A stretch of DNA of 64,000 nt from NCBI GenBank assembly GCA_963723515.1, contig CAVRQT010000002.1, forward strand, positions 512,001 through 576,000. Reading direction: 5' to 3'. Positions 40,246-51,770 of the stretch are shown here, piece by piece. The stretch is from Vulcanimicrobiota bacterium. Its GTDB lineage: Bacteria; Vulcanimicrobiota; Vulcanimicrobiia; Vulcanimicrobiales; Vulcanimicrobiaceae. How positions within the stretch are numbered: position 1 is the stretch's first letter; every line of letters begins with the position of its first letter. Position numbers and translations under genes: made by a program. The notes under the pieces are model-generated. The model saw nothing but the letters and a program-made list of their open reading frames with translations. It was not told the DNA's origin and did no database searches.

Positions 40246-40947
40246 TTATGGCGAGAGACGCGGCGGCAAAATGCTCGGCACGGTGAGCGCTTTCGGCTGA
40301 ATGAACGTCGACGGCGGCAGCGACGGCGGAAAACTGTAGTTGCTCCAGGTGATCCGTTCGCGTGTCGCGTGTCCTGCGATATCGGCAGCGGCGGTCGCGG
40401 CGGTTGGAACCCAATACCTGCCGACTTTCGCGTATGCAATCGAGCCGGTCGCGCGTACGTTTCCGGATACACTGCGGAATACGATCAACGTCGGAAGGTA
40501 TGTTTGCCCATCAAGGATCACTTGCGTGACCGTAAAGGCAGACGCTACGAGCGGCTCCGTCGCATAGACGTAGTCGAGGTGCTTTCCGTGCCGCCGCGTC
40601 TGCAAGAACAAGAACGTATATGCGGGAGTCCGCGGCGCCAGCCGTCCGAGAAAATACCGGTCATTAACGGAGACGACGCGCACGATCTTGACGGGATCGC
40701 CCTCGAGCGAGACGGTCTCATCGCGTTCCTTCGATTCGCTTCGAAAGACGCGATGGGTTTGCTCGATGTTATGCGCGCCGGCTTGCGAAATGTGGTACGT
40801 GAAGACGGCGAACCGCGGTTGGCTCACTTCTTCGAGCGCCGCAAGGTAACGGTTGACGACGAGCTGCGAATCGAGTTGCACGGGTCCTTGAGACGCCGCC
40901 CCAAGCAACGCGCTCGAGAGCGCGACGGCTAGAAGGATCTTGAACAG
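40246..40947 (-). CDS. exported hypothetical protein (start uncertain)
   Basis: Signal-like LFKILLAVALSSALLGAA followed by a beta-rich body. Confidence 0.7.
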   Translation of the reverse strand: MFKILLAVALSSALLGAASQGPVQLDSQLVVNRYLAALEEVSQPRFAVFTYHISQAGAHNIEQTHRVFRSESKERDETVSLEGDPVKIVRVVSVNDRYFLGRLAPRTPAYTFLFLQTRRHGKHLDYVYATEPLVASAFTVTQVILDGQTYLPTLIVFRSVSGNVRATGSIAYAKVGRYWVPTAATAAADIAGHATRERITWSNYSFPPSLPPSTFIQPKALTVPSILPPRLSP

Positions 40948-40951
40948 CTGC

Positions 40952-43571
40952 TCAATGTGCTTCGAAGAAAGCGTCGCGTATTGCACGCAATGCCTGCTGT
41001 GCGCCTTCGGGCCTGCGGCCTCCGCCTTGCGCGATCAAGGCTTGTCCTCCGCCGCGTCCATCGACCAGCGGCGCAGCAACTTTGATCAGGTTGCCGGCGT
41101 GAACGCCGCTGTGCGTCAAATCCTCGCTCGCTGAAACAACGAGACTCACGCTGGAATTTTCAATCCCGGCCAGCGCGATGACGCCGCTTTGCAGACGGCG
41201 CCGAATGGCGCTGCTGAGGTGTCGCAGCGTCTCGCTGTTTGCGTCATTCACAACGGCGCTGACGAATGTCTTCTCGCCGACGCGTTCTGCTTGCTCGACG
41301 TAACGTTGTGCGTCCGCCGCAGCAACGCGCGCCCGCAGGTCGCCGAGGTCATTTTGCAGCTCACGCACCTCTTGCTGCAAGCGATTGACGCGTTCGCTTA
41401 ATTCTTGCGGCGTAACCGACAGTGTCGATGACAGCTCGCTGACGAGCGACTGTTGACGATCGACAAACGCTTCGGCTGCCTCGGAGACGCAGGACTCGAT
41501 GCGGCGGATTCCGCTGCCCGATCGAAGACTCATTCGTGATGATGAAGATGCCCAACTCGCCGGTCGAATGCGAGTGCGTGCCGCCGCAAAACTCGATCGA
41601 AGGGCCGGCGGTTACAACGCGAACGCGTTCACCGTACTTCTCTCCGAACATCGAAATGGCGCCACGCGCATGCGCCTCTTCGATCGGCAAGATGTCCGTG
41701 CGAAGCGGCGTATCATCGCGAATCATCTCATTGACTCGCGCCGCGACCGCGCGACGCTGCTGCGGCGTCAGCGCACCATGCGGCCATCGAAAGTCGAATC
41801 GCATGCGATCGATGCCGACCCACGAACCGGCCTGCGCCACATCTTCGCCCAGTATATCCTTGAGCGCACGCTGCAAGAGGTGAGCGGACGTGTGGTGGCG
41901 TCGAATCTCGCGGCGCCATGCCGGAGCGACGGCCGTATGGACCAGATCGCCGACCGCAAAACGTCCGGCGCTGACGGTTCCGACGTGCGCAATCGCTTCG
42001 CCGATATACTGCGCGTCCGTGACGTCGAAGACGAGCATCGCCGAACGTGATGACGCCCCGATCGCCGATCTGGCCACCTTGTTCTGCGTAGAATGATGTC
42101 CGATCCAAAACGATCTGCGCACTTCTCGCCTTCGCGAAATCGACTCGACAGGCGCATCGTCTTTGAGAATCGCGACGATCTCGCCGTCGGCTTCAAGGCC
42201 CTCATAGCCGTCAAATTCGCTCTTGCATCGCCGGCAAGTCGGCCATCGATCACGGTCGCACGTTTGGCTGCAGCATCCGCACGCGCGCGTTCCGTTGCTC
42301 TTCCATCTCAGCTTTAAAGCCGCGCACATCGACAGCCACGCCTCGCTCCGCCGCGATCTCTTGCGTCAGCTCGATCGGAAAACCGTACGTGTCATGCAGC
42401 GTAAAGCATCGCTCCCGCCCAACGAGCTTCGCGCTTTCTCTCGCACGTCTTCAAGCATGCGTCCAAGAGGGACAGCCCGCGCTCGAGCGTTCGTTCAAAG
42501 GCTTGTTCCTCGGTGCGCAAGCCCTGCTGAATGCGTGTCACGTTCCGGCGCAACTCGGGATAGCCGGTCTGGAGCGTCTCGATGACCGCCGGCACAAGGC
42601 GACGTGAGGAAACCACTGCGGTAGCCCAGCAGCCTGCCGTTTCGGATGGCGCGCCGGATCAAGAATCGCAAGACGTAGCCGCGATCGGTGTTCGACGGAT
42701 AAACGCCATCGTTGAGTAAGAACGTGACGGCACGAGCATGGTCCGCAATGATGTTGCGGCGTACCTTCTGCTCTTCGGACGTAAGAGAGGTGCCCGCGAC
42801 GCGCGGCTGTGCCGCTACAATATCGAGAAAGAGATCCGTTTCATAGATCGACGATTTCCCGTTGACGAACGCGAGCATTCGTTCGAAGCCGGCACCCGTA
42901 TCGATGTTCTTACGCGGAAGTTCCTCGAGCTTGCCGTCCGCGGCGCGATTGAACTGCTGAAAGACGAGGTTCCAAAACTCGACCCACCGATCGCCGAGCC
43001 CCGGAGCCGTATCGTTCGGCCCCGCCGCGTTTGCTTCACCGGTATCGAAAAAGATTTCCGTTGAAGGGCCGCACGGGCCGGTCGCCCCCATCGTCCAAAA
43101 GTTGTCCTCGTCAAAACGCGTGATCAGCGACGGTGCAAGCCCGATGTCATGCTCCCAAATCGAGGCTGCCTCATCGTCGCTGATATGAACCGTTACGGCG
43201 AGCTTTTTGGGGTCGAGCCGAATGACGTTTGTAACGAAGTCCCACGCATACTCGATCGCTTCGCGCTTATAGTAATCGCCGAAGCCGAAGTTGCCGAGCA
43301 TCTCGAGGAACGTGCCGTGGCGGCCGGTTCGGCCGACATGTTCGATGTCGCTCTTGGCGCCCGCAACGCGCAGACAACGCTGAATCGTGACGACGCGCGG
43401 CGCCGGAGCCGGCTCATCGCCCAAAAACGCCGGAACAAATTGCTCCATGCCGGCGATAGTGAAGAGCGTCGTCGACATCTTGTCTGGAATTAGCCCGGCG
43501 GACGGCACCGCTTTGTGTCCGCGAGCGGTAAAGAAATCGATGAAGGCGGCGCGGAGTTCTTCGCTGCGCAT
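40952..43571 (-). CDS. alaS: alanine--tRNA ligase (several apparent frameshifts)
   Basis: [43 protein letters not shown] and GRGGG..AQGGG across frames. Confidence 0.97.
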
Positions 43572-43656
43572 AGTTCCTAACTACGATTACGCCGGTTCGA
43601 CACCTCGACCGGCTCGGTGGCCGGAGGAGTCGAAACCGCCCGGCTTGCTCTGCGGC

Positions 43657-44463
43657 CTACTCTTGGAGGACGGTTTTGAGCTTTTCCAATGCCTTTTGCT
43701 GCAGCCGAGAGACATGCATCTGCGAGACGTTCAGGCGCTTCGCAATCTCCGTCTGTGAGACGTTCTCGTAAAACCGCAGGTAGAGTATGACGCGTTCGCG
43801 TCCGCTGAGCACCTCAAACGCCCGCTCGAGGTTGGCCTTATCTTCCAGCAATGTTAAACCGGCATCGGTCGTGCCGATGTAGTCGCCGAGCGTTTGCGAT
43901 TTTCGCTCCCCTTCAGCACTGACTTCGGTATCGAGCGAAAGCAGATTATAGGCCTGTCCCAATTCCTGCGCTTCAAGGATTTCTTCTTCGGTCGCATTGA
44001 GGTGTTGGGCCAACTCCGCAATCGTTGGACTGCGGCCCAGTTTCACCGCGAGCTTTTCGATGGCGCGGTTGACGCTCAAGTTGAGTTCCTGCAGCCGGCG
44101 CGGGACTTTGACGGCCCAACCTTTATCGCGAAAGTAGCGCTTGATCTCCCCGACGATCGTCGGTGTCGCGTAAGTGGTAAACTCAACGCCGCGATCGAGA
44201 TCGAATCGATCGATCGCCTTGAGCAAGCCGACGGTGCCGACCTGAATGAGGTCATCGAGCGCCTCACCGCGGTTTGCAAACTTGACCGCTAAGTAGCGCA
44301 CGAGATTCAGATGCGCAACGACGAGCTCGTTTCGCAAGTGGTCGTACTCAGCGTCCGCAACGTCTGCGCTGGCGCGCCGTTTGCTGGCGACAGCGAAACG
44401 CGCGAAGAGTTCGCGCGTCTTTTCTCGATCCCAGCGCTCGGCGTCGGCCGAATGCAAGTGCAC
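43657..44463 (-). CDS. SigB/SigF/SigG family RNA polymerase sigma factor
   Basis: DLIQVGTVGLLKAIDRFD, PTIVGEIKRYFRD, VPRR and SQMHVSRL. Confidence 0.96.
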   Translation of the reverse strand: MHLHSADAERWDREKTRELFARFAVASKRRASADVADAEYDHLRNELVVAHLNLVRYLAVKFANRGEALDDLIQVGTVGLLKAIDRFDLDRGVEFTTYATPTIVGEIKRYFRDKGWAVKVPRRLQELNLSVNRAIEKLAVKLGRSPTIAELAQHLNATEEEILEAQELGQAYNLLSLDTEVSAEGERKSQTLGDYIGTTDAGLTLLEDKANLERAFEVLSGRERVILYLRFYENVSQTEIAKRLNVSQMHVSRLQQKALEKLKTVLQE

Positions 44464-44894
44464 TAACTGGAGACTTTTTTGGTCATCACCAGATCGGTCC
44501 CGCGTCCATCTCCGACTTCGTAGTTGACGTTGTCCATCAACGAACGAATCAGAAAGATACCAAGGGCGCCGATTTGCTGCTCGGACTCGAGCGTTGCCGG
44601 CGGCGCTTCAACTGAAGGCGCCGGTCCAGCGAAACTGCGCACGCGAACGGTGATGCCCTCGTCTTTCGTCTCGCAGAGGATCTCGATCTGGTCGGCGGCA
44701 TCGCGCTGCAGAATGCAGTTGGTGCACGCCTCGGCGACCGCGAGTTTGACGTCTTCGATTTCCTCGACGGAGAAGTTCAGCCGATTAGCGATTGCCGCCA
44801 CCGCAAGCCGCGCCACTGCTACCCACTCGGCGCGTCGTGGGATGCGCAGTTCGACGACTCCAGCGGTGCCTTCGCTCATCGTGAGGGCATTCAC
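44463..44894 (-). CDS. rsbW: anti-sigma factor kinase RsbW/SpoIIAB
   Basis: DVKLAVAEACTN and GLG-like LGIFLIRSLMD. Confidence 0.9.
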   Translation of the reverse strand: MNALTMSEGTAGVVELRIPRRAEWVAVARLAVAAIANRLNFSVEEIEDVKLAVAEACTNCILQRDAADQIEILCETKDEGITVRVRSFAGPAPSVEAPPATLESEQQIGALGIFLIRSLMDNVNYEVGDGRGTDLVMTKKVSS

Positions 44895-45271
44895 ACCAGA
44901 GCTTTCATGGCCGATTCTTCATCGTCGTAGATGCCGAAGATCTTGACGAGTCCGGTAATGTCAAAGATTTTCTTGATCTGCGGATTCGTGCAAACAAGAT
45001 TCACTGAGCCGCCGTGCTCCCGAACGCGCTTCAAACCGCCGATCAGCACGCCGAGACCCGTTGAATCGATGTAACGAACTTTCCCGAGATTGATGACCAA
45101 GTTGTAGTGACCTTGATCGATCAACTCCGTGATCGCGTCTTTCACCTTGGGTGAGGTATAGACGTCGATTTCGCCGCTCAACTCAACAACGTACGCATGT
45201 CCGGCTGCTTGCCGAACATTGACTTTGATATCCACGCTTTCTCCTAGCACAGATGAAGACGCATCGTTCAC
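44891..45271 (-). CDS. rsbV: STAS anti-sigma factor antagonist RsbV
   Basis: GEIDVYT, YIDSTGLGVL and IFDITGL. Confidence 0.94.
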   Translation of the reverse strand: MNDASSSVLGESVDIKVNVRQAAGHAYVVELSGEIDVYTSPKVKDAITELIDQGHYNLVINLGKVRYIDSTGLGVLIGGLKRVREHGGSVNLVCTNPQIKKIFDITGLVKIFGIYDDEESAMKALV

Positions 45272-45642
45272 GCAGGTTCCCGAGAACTTTCCGCTGCTTG
45301 CGCCGAGAGGTCATCACGAGTCGCCTCCGCAGCCGTGCGCGCTTCTTGCTGCGCCTCACTCACTTGCGAGCGCGCGTCATCGACAACCGAGCGGCCCCGC
45401 TGATAGAGGCCCGCGGCATTGGACTGGAGATCGGTGGCCATGTTGCTCACCCGGTCACGAAGATCGCCGGTTGCATCTTTCGCAAAGTTTGCTGCTTCGC
45501 GCGCCTTGCCGAAGACGATGTCGCGCGTCTCTTCACCCGTCTGCGGAGCCAACATCATCGCCAGTGCGCCGCCGACCACCGTTCCGAGGACAAAGCCGGC
45601 AAAAAATCCGCCCTTGCTCTCCGATCCGTTGTTCTGTCCCAT
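45268..45642 (-). CDS. YtxH domain general stress protein
   Basis: GFVLG..VGG..A.MLAPQTGEETR. Confidence 0.9.
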   Translation of the reverse strand: MGQNNGSESKGGFFAGFVLGTVVGGALAMMLAPQTGEETRDIVFGKAREAANFAKDATGDLRDRVSNMATDLQSNAAGLYQRGRSVVDDARSQVSEAQQEARTAAEATRDDLSAQAAESSREPA

Positions 45643-45679
45643 CGTTCTTGAACTCCTTACTTGCGATTGCGCGCCAAAA

Positions 45680-46099
45680 TTATGCGCTCGGTCCGCCCTT
45701 GCTTCGGCCGTCGATCAGCCGGCGCAGGCCGGCCGTCACGCCCGAGAGTGTCGCTCCCACGTTAACGAGCGCCGGCGACACAGCGTTCTGTGTCAGCTTG
45801 GCCGTCGAGGCGATGCTGCCGGCGACGCCTTCTAAGGACTTGACCGCTCCGCCGAGCCGCGCCACGGTTGCGTCTGCGGTGTCCGCAATACCGCCGATGT
45901 GCGTTAGCGTCTCTTTGACCGGCGTCCCTAGCGACGCGAGCTGGCGATCGACTTCGTCGAGCGTGATATTCAGGCGCCCTAGCGTTGAGGCGAGCCCGCG
46001 CATCGCGATGAAAAGCCCGATGCCTCCGGCGAGCACTCCGAGGCCAATCAACGCAACGCCGACGTCTTGCAGAATCGTCCAATTGAAGCCGGTAGTCAA
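45680..46099 (-). CDS. DUF948/YoxC-like protein
   Basis: TM helix followed by coiled coil; usual position upstream of ytxH. Confidence 0.75.
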   Translation of the reverse strand: MTTGFNWTILQDVGVALIGLGVLAGGIGLFIAMRGLASTLGRLNITLDEVDRQLASLGTPVKETLTHIGGIADTADATVARLGGAVKSLEGVAGSIASTAKLTQNAVSPALVNVGATLSGVTAGLRRLIDGRSKGGPSA

Positions 46100-46163
46100 G
46101 AGATCATTCCTCCAAGCGCGGCATTTACGACCGTTCCTCTCATTCCCTCGAAGGGATCAATTG

Positions 46164-47334
46164 TTACCTAACACCTGCTAAATGATCCGCCGCGCTCGCT
46201 TCACGCAGGTCGCTCACGGCGATCGTGAGGATGTCCGAAAGGCGTTCGATCTGCCGGTCCGTTGTCGAACGGCCGAACGAAAATCGAACCGCACCGGACG
46301 ACCGCTCATCTTCGTAGAGCGCAGAAATAACGTGGCTCGGCTCTGCGGCGCCGGATGCACACGCGCTTCCCGCAGAAACTGCGACGCCCTCGAGATCCAG
46401 CCGCATCACCAATGCATTCGAGTCGACGCCCGCAAACGAAACGTTCGAGATGTGAGGCAAACGGGCGGCGCCTGATGCATTGATCGTTACGCCGCCAACG
46501 CGTTCGACGATGAGCTCTTCGAAACGAGCGCGCAACGCCGTCACCCGCGCTGCTACATTCGCGCGTTCTTGATCGGCAAGTAGACAACGCTGTGGCCATT
46601 CCGGCGATCGCGGCGACATTTTCGGTTCCTGCGCGTTTGGCGAGCTCCTGGCTCCCGCCGACGAGTTGGGAACGCAGCGGTGTGCCCGTGCGGGCGTAAA
46701 GCGCGCCGATCCCCTTTGGCCCATAGAATTTATGGGCCGAGATCGACAGCGCGTCGATTCCAAGTTCTTCAACGTCGATGCGAAGATACGCCGGGGCTTG
46801 AACCGCATCAGTATGAAAGAGGATACCGTGCTCGTGCGCTATCGCCGCAAAGTCGGCGATCGGTGAGATCGTGCCGATTTCGTTATTGGCGAGCATCAAG
46901 GTTGCGAGCGTTGTCTGCGGTCGTAAGGCTTGTGCAAATTGCGTGCGGTCGACCAACCCATTCTCATCAACGGGCAGCCTCGTGATTTCCCATCCTTCGT
47001 CACGCAGACGATCCGCCGCATGCAGAACGGCGTGATGTTCGATCGACGACGTAACGATGTGCCGCCCGCGTTCCCGCAACGCCTGAGCGATGCCGAAAAT
47101 CGCCAGATTATCGGATTCCGAACCGCCCGAAGTGAAGACGATCTCCCTCGGCTGGGCACCGATCAGCCGAGCGATCGCAGCCCGCGCATCGTCGATGACG
47201 CGACGCGCCGCCCTTCCTTCTTGATGCAATGAGCTCGCATTCAAGCCGCCGCTCAGATGAGGAAGCATCGCCTCAAGCACTTCCGGGCGCAACGGCGTCG
47301 TGGCAGCATGATCGGCGTAAATGCGAGCGTTCAT
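46164..47334 (-). CDS. iscS: cysteine desulfurase IscS/NifS (frameshift near 46580)
   Basis: YADHAATTP, FTSGGSESDN, HTDAVQ, SAHKFYGPKG and SAGSAC. Confidence 0.95.
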
Positions 47335-47457
47335 TGCATCCCAGGTTCGTGAAATTTTCATCTGCTTCCCAGCACGTTCTCAGCCAGCGGCGCTATCTTC
47401 AGCCTGTGCGAAGCTCCAACGCACCATACATAGACCTCCGAGAGTAGAGAACGGGTA

Positions 47458-47489
47458 GCAGGAGCCCGCTGTAAAAAGCGGGCTCCTGC
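47458..47489. terminator. hairpin downstream of rarA
   Basis: GCAGGAGCCCGCT-N6-AGCGGGCTCCTGC. Confidence 0.7.
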
Positions 47490-47494
47490 GCTTT

Positions 47495-48862
47495 CTAACC
47501 ATTTTTGTTGCCGGAAGTCTTAGCCGCGGCTCTTCGTTTCTGAATCCACGCCGCGAGCTTCGCTTCCTCACCTTGTTCGCCGGGTGCATAATATGCGCGC
47601 CCTGAGAGATTCTTTGGAAGGTAGGCCTGAAGCCGTTCTGCCGGCGGCAGATCTGCTGCGTGTTCCATATCGGCATAGTCGACATGCGCGTATTTGTAGT
47701 CGCGGCCGTAGCCGAGCGCCCGCATGAGTCCTGTAGGCGCGTTGCGCAGGTGCAGCGGCACCGGTTCGTTGCGCGTTTCCTGAACGTCAGCCAAAGCGGC
47801 GCTGTAAGCGCGTCCGACGCTGTTCGATTTTGGCGCCGTTGCGAGATACAGCGCGCAGTGCGCCAGCGGATAAAAGCCTTCCGGCATCCCGACAAAATGG
47901 ACCGCTTGCTGCGCCGCCATCGCAATCTGCAGGGCGCGAGAGTCCGCCAAACCGACATCTTCAGAAGCTAAGATCACCAGCCGCCGTGCGATGAAGAGCG
48001 CGTCTTCGCCTGCATCGATCATTCTCGCGAGCCAATACACGGCTGCGTCGGGATCGCTTCCGCGCAGGCTCTTGATGAAGGCGCTGATCACATCGTAATG
48101 TTGATCACCGCCTTTGTCGTAGTTGATCGCTCGACGCTGCAGCGCGTCGGCTACGAGCGCCGCGGTGATGATGCGCTTGCCGTCTTCGCGGGGCGTCGCT
48201 GCGGTTGCGGCAAACTCGAGCGTCGCAAGCGCAACGCGAGCATCGCCGTTGCTCAGGTTCAGCAGCGCATCACGTGCCTGCGGCTCGAGCTCGACCTTCA
48301 TCGCCCCTAAGCCGCGGTCGCGATCCACAAGCGCTCGATCGACGATTCTGCCGGTATCTGCATCACTTAGCGCATGCAGTACGAAGACGCGCGAACGCGA
48401 GAGCAGCGCGGAGATCACTTCGAACGACGGATTCTCTGTCGTGGCCCCGATCAACGTGACGGTCCCGTTTTCAACGTACGGAAGCACCGCGTCTTGCTGC
48501 GCTTTGTTGAAGCGATGAATCTCATCGATGAAGAGGACCGTGCGCTTTCCGACGGCGCGTCGCTGGGTCGCCGCTCCGATCGCGCGCCGCAGGTCGCTTA
48601 CACCCGCGCTGACCGCGGAGAGCGACGTGAACGTTGCGCCCGTCATGCGCGCAATAATCTCTGCAAGGGTCGTTTTGCCACTGCCGGGAGGCCCCCACAA
48701 AATCAGTGATGGAACGGCGTCGCGCTCGATTGCGACGCGCAGCGCACGCCCGGGGCCGACGATGTCTTCTTGACCGACGAACTCATCGAGCGTTTGCGGT
48801 CGCATCCGCGCGGCGAGCGGCGCCTGCAATCCGCTCGCCTCGCCAAAGAGCGAGGGATTCAG
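47495..48862 (-). CDS. rarA: replication-associated recombination protein RarA/MgsA
   Basis: PLAARMRP, GPPGSGKTT, DEIHRF, SAFIKSLRGSD and VPLHLRNAPT; start at CTG 48862 or TTG 48829. Confidence 0.97.
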   Translation of the reverse strand: MNPSLFGEASGLQAPLAARMRPQTLDEFVGQEDIVGPGRALRVAIERDAVPSLILWGPPGSGKTTLAEIIARMTGATFTSLSAVSAGVSDLRRAIGAATQRRAVGKRTVLFIDEIHRFNKAQQDAVLPYVENGTVTLIGATTENPSFEVISALLSRSRVFVLHALSDADTGRIVDRALVDRDRGLGAMKVELEPQARDALLNLSNGDARVALATLEFAATAATPREDGKRIITAALVADALQRRAINYDKGGDQHYDVISAFIKSLRGSDPDAAVYWLARMIDAGEDALFIARRLVILASEDVGLADSRALQIAMAAQQAVHFVGMPEGFYPLAHCALYLATAPKSNSVGRAYSAALADVQETRNEPVPLHLRNAPTGLMRALGYGRDYKYAHVDYADMEHAADLPPAERLQAYLPKNLSGRAYYAPGEQGEEAKLAAWIQKRRAAAKTSGNKNG

Positions 48863-49608
48863 AAGGGGAGGATTCTCTTTTTCTTGCGCGGCGTTGGAGC
48901 CGGCGCGGGCGCTCCCGGCTCTGCACCAGGGAACTGCATGACGATGTGGCCGCGCGCGTGGAGCGCGCCGCTTTGCGTATTGTATAGGATGTGATCGGCA
49001 TCCATGGCTCGGTCCCCATCGACGACGTGCACGGCACCCGTTAGATCGAGATCGTGCGTTATATCGTTGAGCACGCCGTGGTTGGCACTGCCGCTCTGCA
49101 CGCCTTCGGCGAAATGCAGCGATTCAAGCGTCAGCATCTTTGAGTTGTCATCAAGCGTGCCTTGACGCGCATCGATCACACGGCTTCCTTGGACGTAGTG
49201 AACGTTGCCGATCGCCGTATAGAGCTTGTTGAGACTATCGATCTGCAGTTCATCGCTGGTCAATGTCGCCGGTCCCGCAGCTGCGGTCCCGGAGGGACTG
49301 AAATCGGATAGTCCGGCACCGCCTTGCTGATCGTGCACGACGACGTGCCCGTAGAGCGTCGCACGCTTGCGTGCAAAATTGCCCTTAGCTCGATCCGCTT
49401 CAATCGAGCGGTTCGGACAGTTGACCGAGATGTGCGTTGGAACCGTGAAGTCTCCGGCTCGAAAGTTGTTCGTATCGAGCGCTCCGGTGCTGATGCGGCA
49501 AAGTCCCATGCTAAAGGAAACATGCGACGGCTGTGCGGCCGCAGCCGCCCCTTCAATGCCGGCGGCCGTCATCAGCAAGGCGAGCAACCAGAGAAATCCC
49601 TTCAGCAT
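48859..49608 (-). CDS. LptA/OstA-like exported protein
   Basis: Signal peptide; repeated beta-jellyroll motifs (AIGNVHY, LTGAVHV, ADHILYN). Confidence 0.75.
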   Translation of the reverse strand: MLKGFLWLLALLMTAAGIEGAAAAAQPSHVSFSMGLCRISTGALDTNNFRAGDFTVPTHISVNCPNRSIEADRAKGNFARKRATLYGHVVVHDQQGGAGLSDFSPSGTAAAGPATLTSDELQIDSLNKLYTAIGNVHYVQGSRVIDARQGTLDDNSKMLTLESLHFAEGVQSGSANHGVLNDITHDLDLTGAVHVVDGDRAMDADHILYNTQSGALHARGHIVMQFPGAEPGAPAPAPTPRKKKRILPF

Positions 49609-49616
49609 CTTATCCT

Positions 49617-50264
49617 TTATCTTCGCACCTTTATTGTTTGGCGAACGACCGGTCCCAGCCGCTCGCTCACGTAATCTAGCGAAAGCGCGCCTTCGCGCAG
49701 CAGTCGCGGCGCCGGCCCGGAGATATCGACGACGGTTGATTCGGCGCGAAATTGCGTCGGGCCGTTATCGACCAGAAGATCCGCTTCCGGCAGCGCGCTG
49801 ACATCCTCGTCACCGTAGTATGGGCGCTCGCCGCTGGCGTTCGCGCTTGTCGCCGCGAGCGGCCCGACGCGATCCAAGAGCGCGCTGCACAAGGGATCTT
49901 CGGGTACGCGGAAACCGAGCGTCGTGAGGCCCGAACTGACGTCATCATAGATAAACGCAGGCCGGCGCACGATCAGCGTCACGGGTCCGGGCATCAGCCG
50001 CCGCGCCGCGAACGTCGCGATCGCGTTTGCCGGTACGTACTCTAAAAACTCCGCAACCGTTGCGAGATGCAGACTCAGCGGTTTGTGATCGGGCCGTTGC
50101 TTGGCTTGGTAGATCTTATCGATCGCATCGATGCGGAACGGGTCGCATCCGATGCCGTAAACTGTGTCGGTCGGAAAGATCACGGTGCCTCCACCGTAGA
50201 TGACAGCCGCAACCTCGTTGCAAACGCGCTCGAGCGGTTCGCGCCTCGCATCAATCCGCTGCAA
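49617..50264 (-). CDS. tsaC: L-threonylcarbamoyladenylate synthase (Sua5/YrdC)
   Basis: FPTDTVYGI, K.RP..KPL, PGPVT, TSANASG and STVVD. Confidence 0.95.
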   Translation of the reverse strand: MQRIDARREPLERVCNEVAAVIYGGGTVIFPTDTVYGIGCDPFRIDAIDKIYQAKQRPDHKPLSLHLATVAEFLEYVPANAIATFAARRLMPGPVTLIVRRPAFIYDDVSSGLTTLGFRVPEDPLCSALLDRVGPLAATSANASGERPYYGDEDVSALPEADLLVDNGPTQFRAESTVVDISGPAPRLLREGALSLDYVSERLGPVVRQTIKVRR

Positions 50265-50300
50265 CGCGCTGCCCTTCGCTTATTTTGGCGCCTGGATCAG

Positions 50301-50388
50301 CATGAAGCCCCCAACGTATTGTCCGGAGACGCGCCCGGAAGACTCTTCCTATTAGCAAGTCTCCGGCCAATACGTTAGGGGCATCACG
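50301..50388 (-). other. structured hairpin element, copy A (candidate ncRNA or ssDNA motif)
   Basis: About 30-bp stem around UUGCUAAUAGGAAGAGUCUUCCGGGCGC; mismatches read as G-U on the minus strand. Confidence 0.6.
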
Positions 50389-50572
50389 CCGATAGAAATT
50401 CTCGTTCGTTGCAGCATTCTAATCTTAGACGGCCGCTGAGGCTCCAGGCAGCCACTCGTCAAGCCCGACCGACATCTACGCCTCCTCTCACTTTAGAGAG
50501 TGGATGAACATGATGTCCGCGCGCCTGTTCCGTTGCGATTTTGATACACGAAGTCCGTTGTTAGTCGCTTGG

Positions 50573-50658
50573 CATGGCGCTCCAACATATCGGCTGGAGA
50601 CTTGCTAATAGGAAGAGTCTTCCGGGCGCGTCTCCGGACGATGTGTTGGGGCGCCATG
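50573..50658 (+). other. structured hairpin element, copy B (inverted relative to A)
   Basis: Same 44-nt core (50596-50639 is the exact reverse complement of 50321-50364); outer stem covaries. Confidence 0.6.
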
Positions 50659-50726
50659 ACGAGCCTGTCTCTTGCACTACTCCGCCTTAGAGAGTCGCTT
50701 GATATGACGCGATGCTCATCCGCTCT

Positions 50727-51770
<1,044 letters not shown>

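Noticed and set aside
40952..43571. Frameshifts in alaS and in many other genes (ubiD, ubiA, iscS, tetR, MFS, DUF255, permease) read as pseudogenes or programmed frameshifting
   Set aside because: They hit essential genes, are scattered, and show no common slippery motif; indel errors of a long-read assembly are the simplest explanation
43572..43656. T-box riboswitch upstream of alaS
   Set aside because: The gap is only about 85 bp and lacks the UGGNACC T-box motif
47335..47457. Short ORF after GGAGG upstream of iscS (MYGALELRTG-TGA) as a leader peptide or selenopeptide
   Set aside because: A TAG follows two codons later, there is no Cys-like context, and a frameshift artefact cannot be excluded
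50301..50658. Hairpins as integron attC sites, 6S RNA or a hammerhead ribozyme
   Set aside because: AAC...GTT ends are present, but there is no unpaired central spacer, extrahelical base, cassette ORF or integrase; there is no 6S-type central bubble and no CUGANGA/GAAA core
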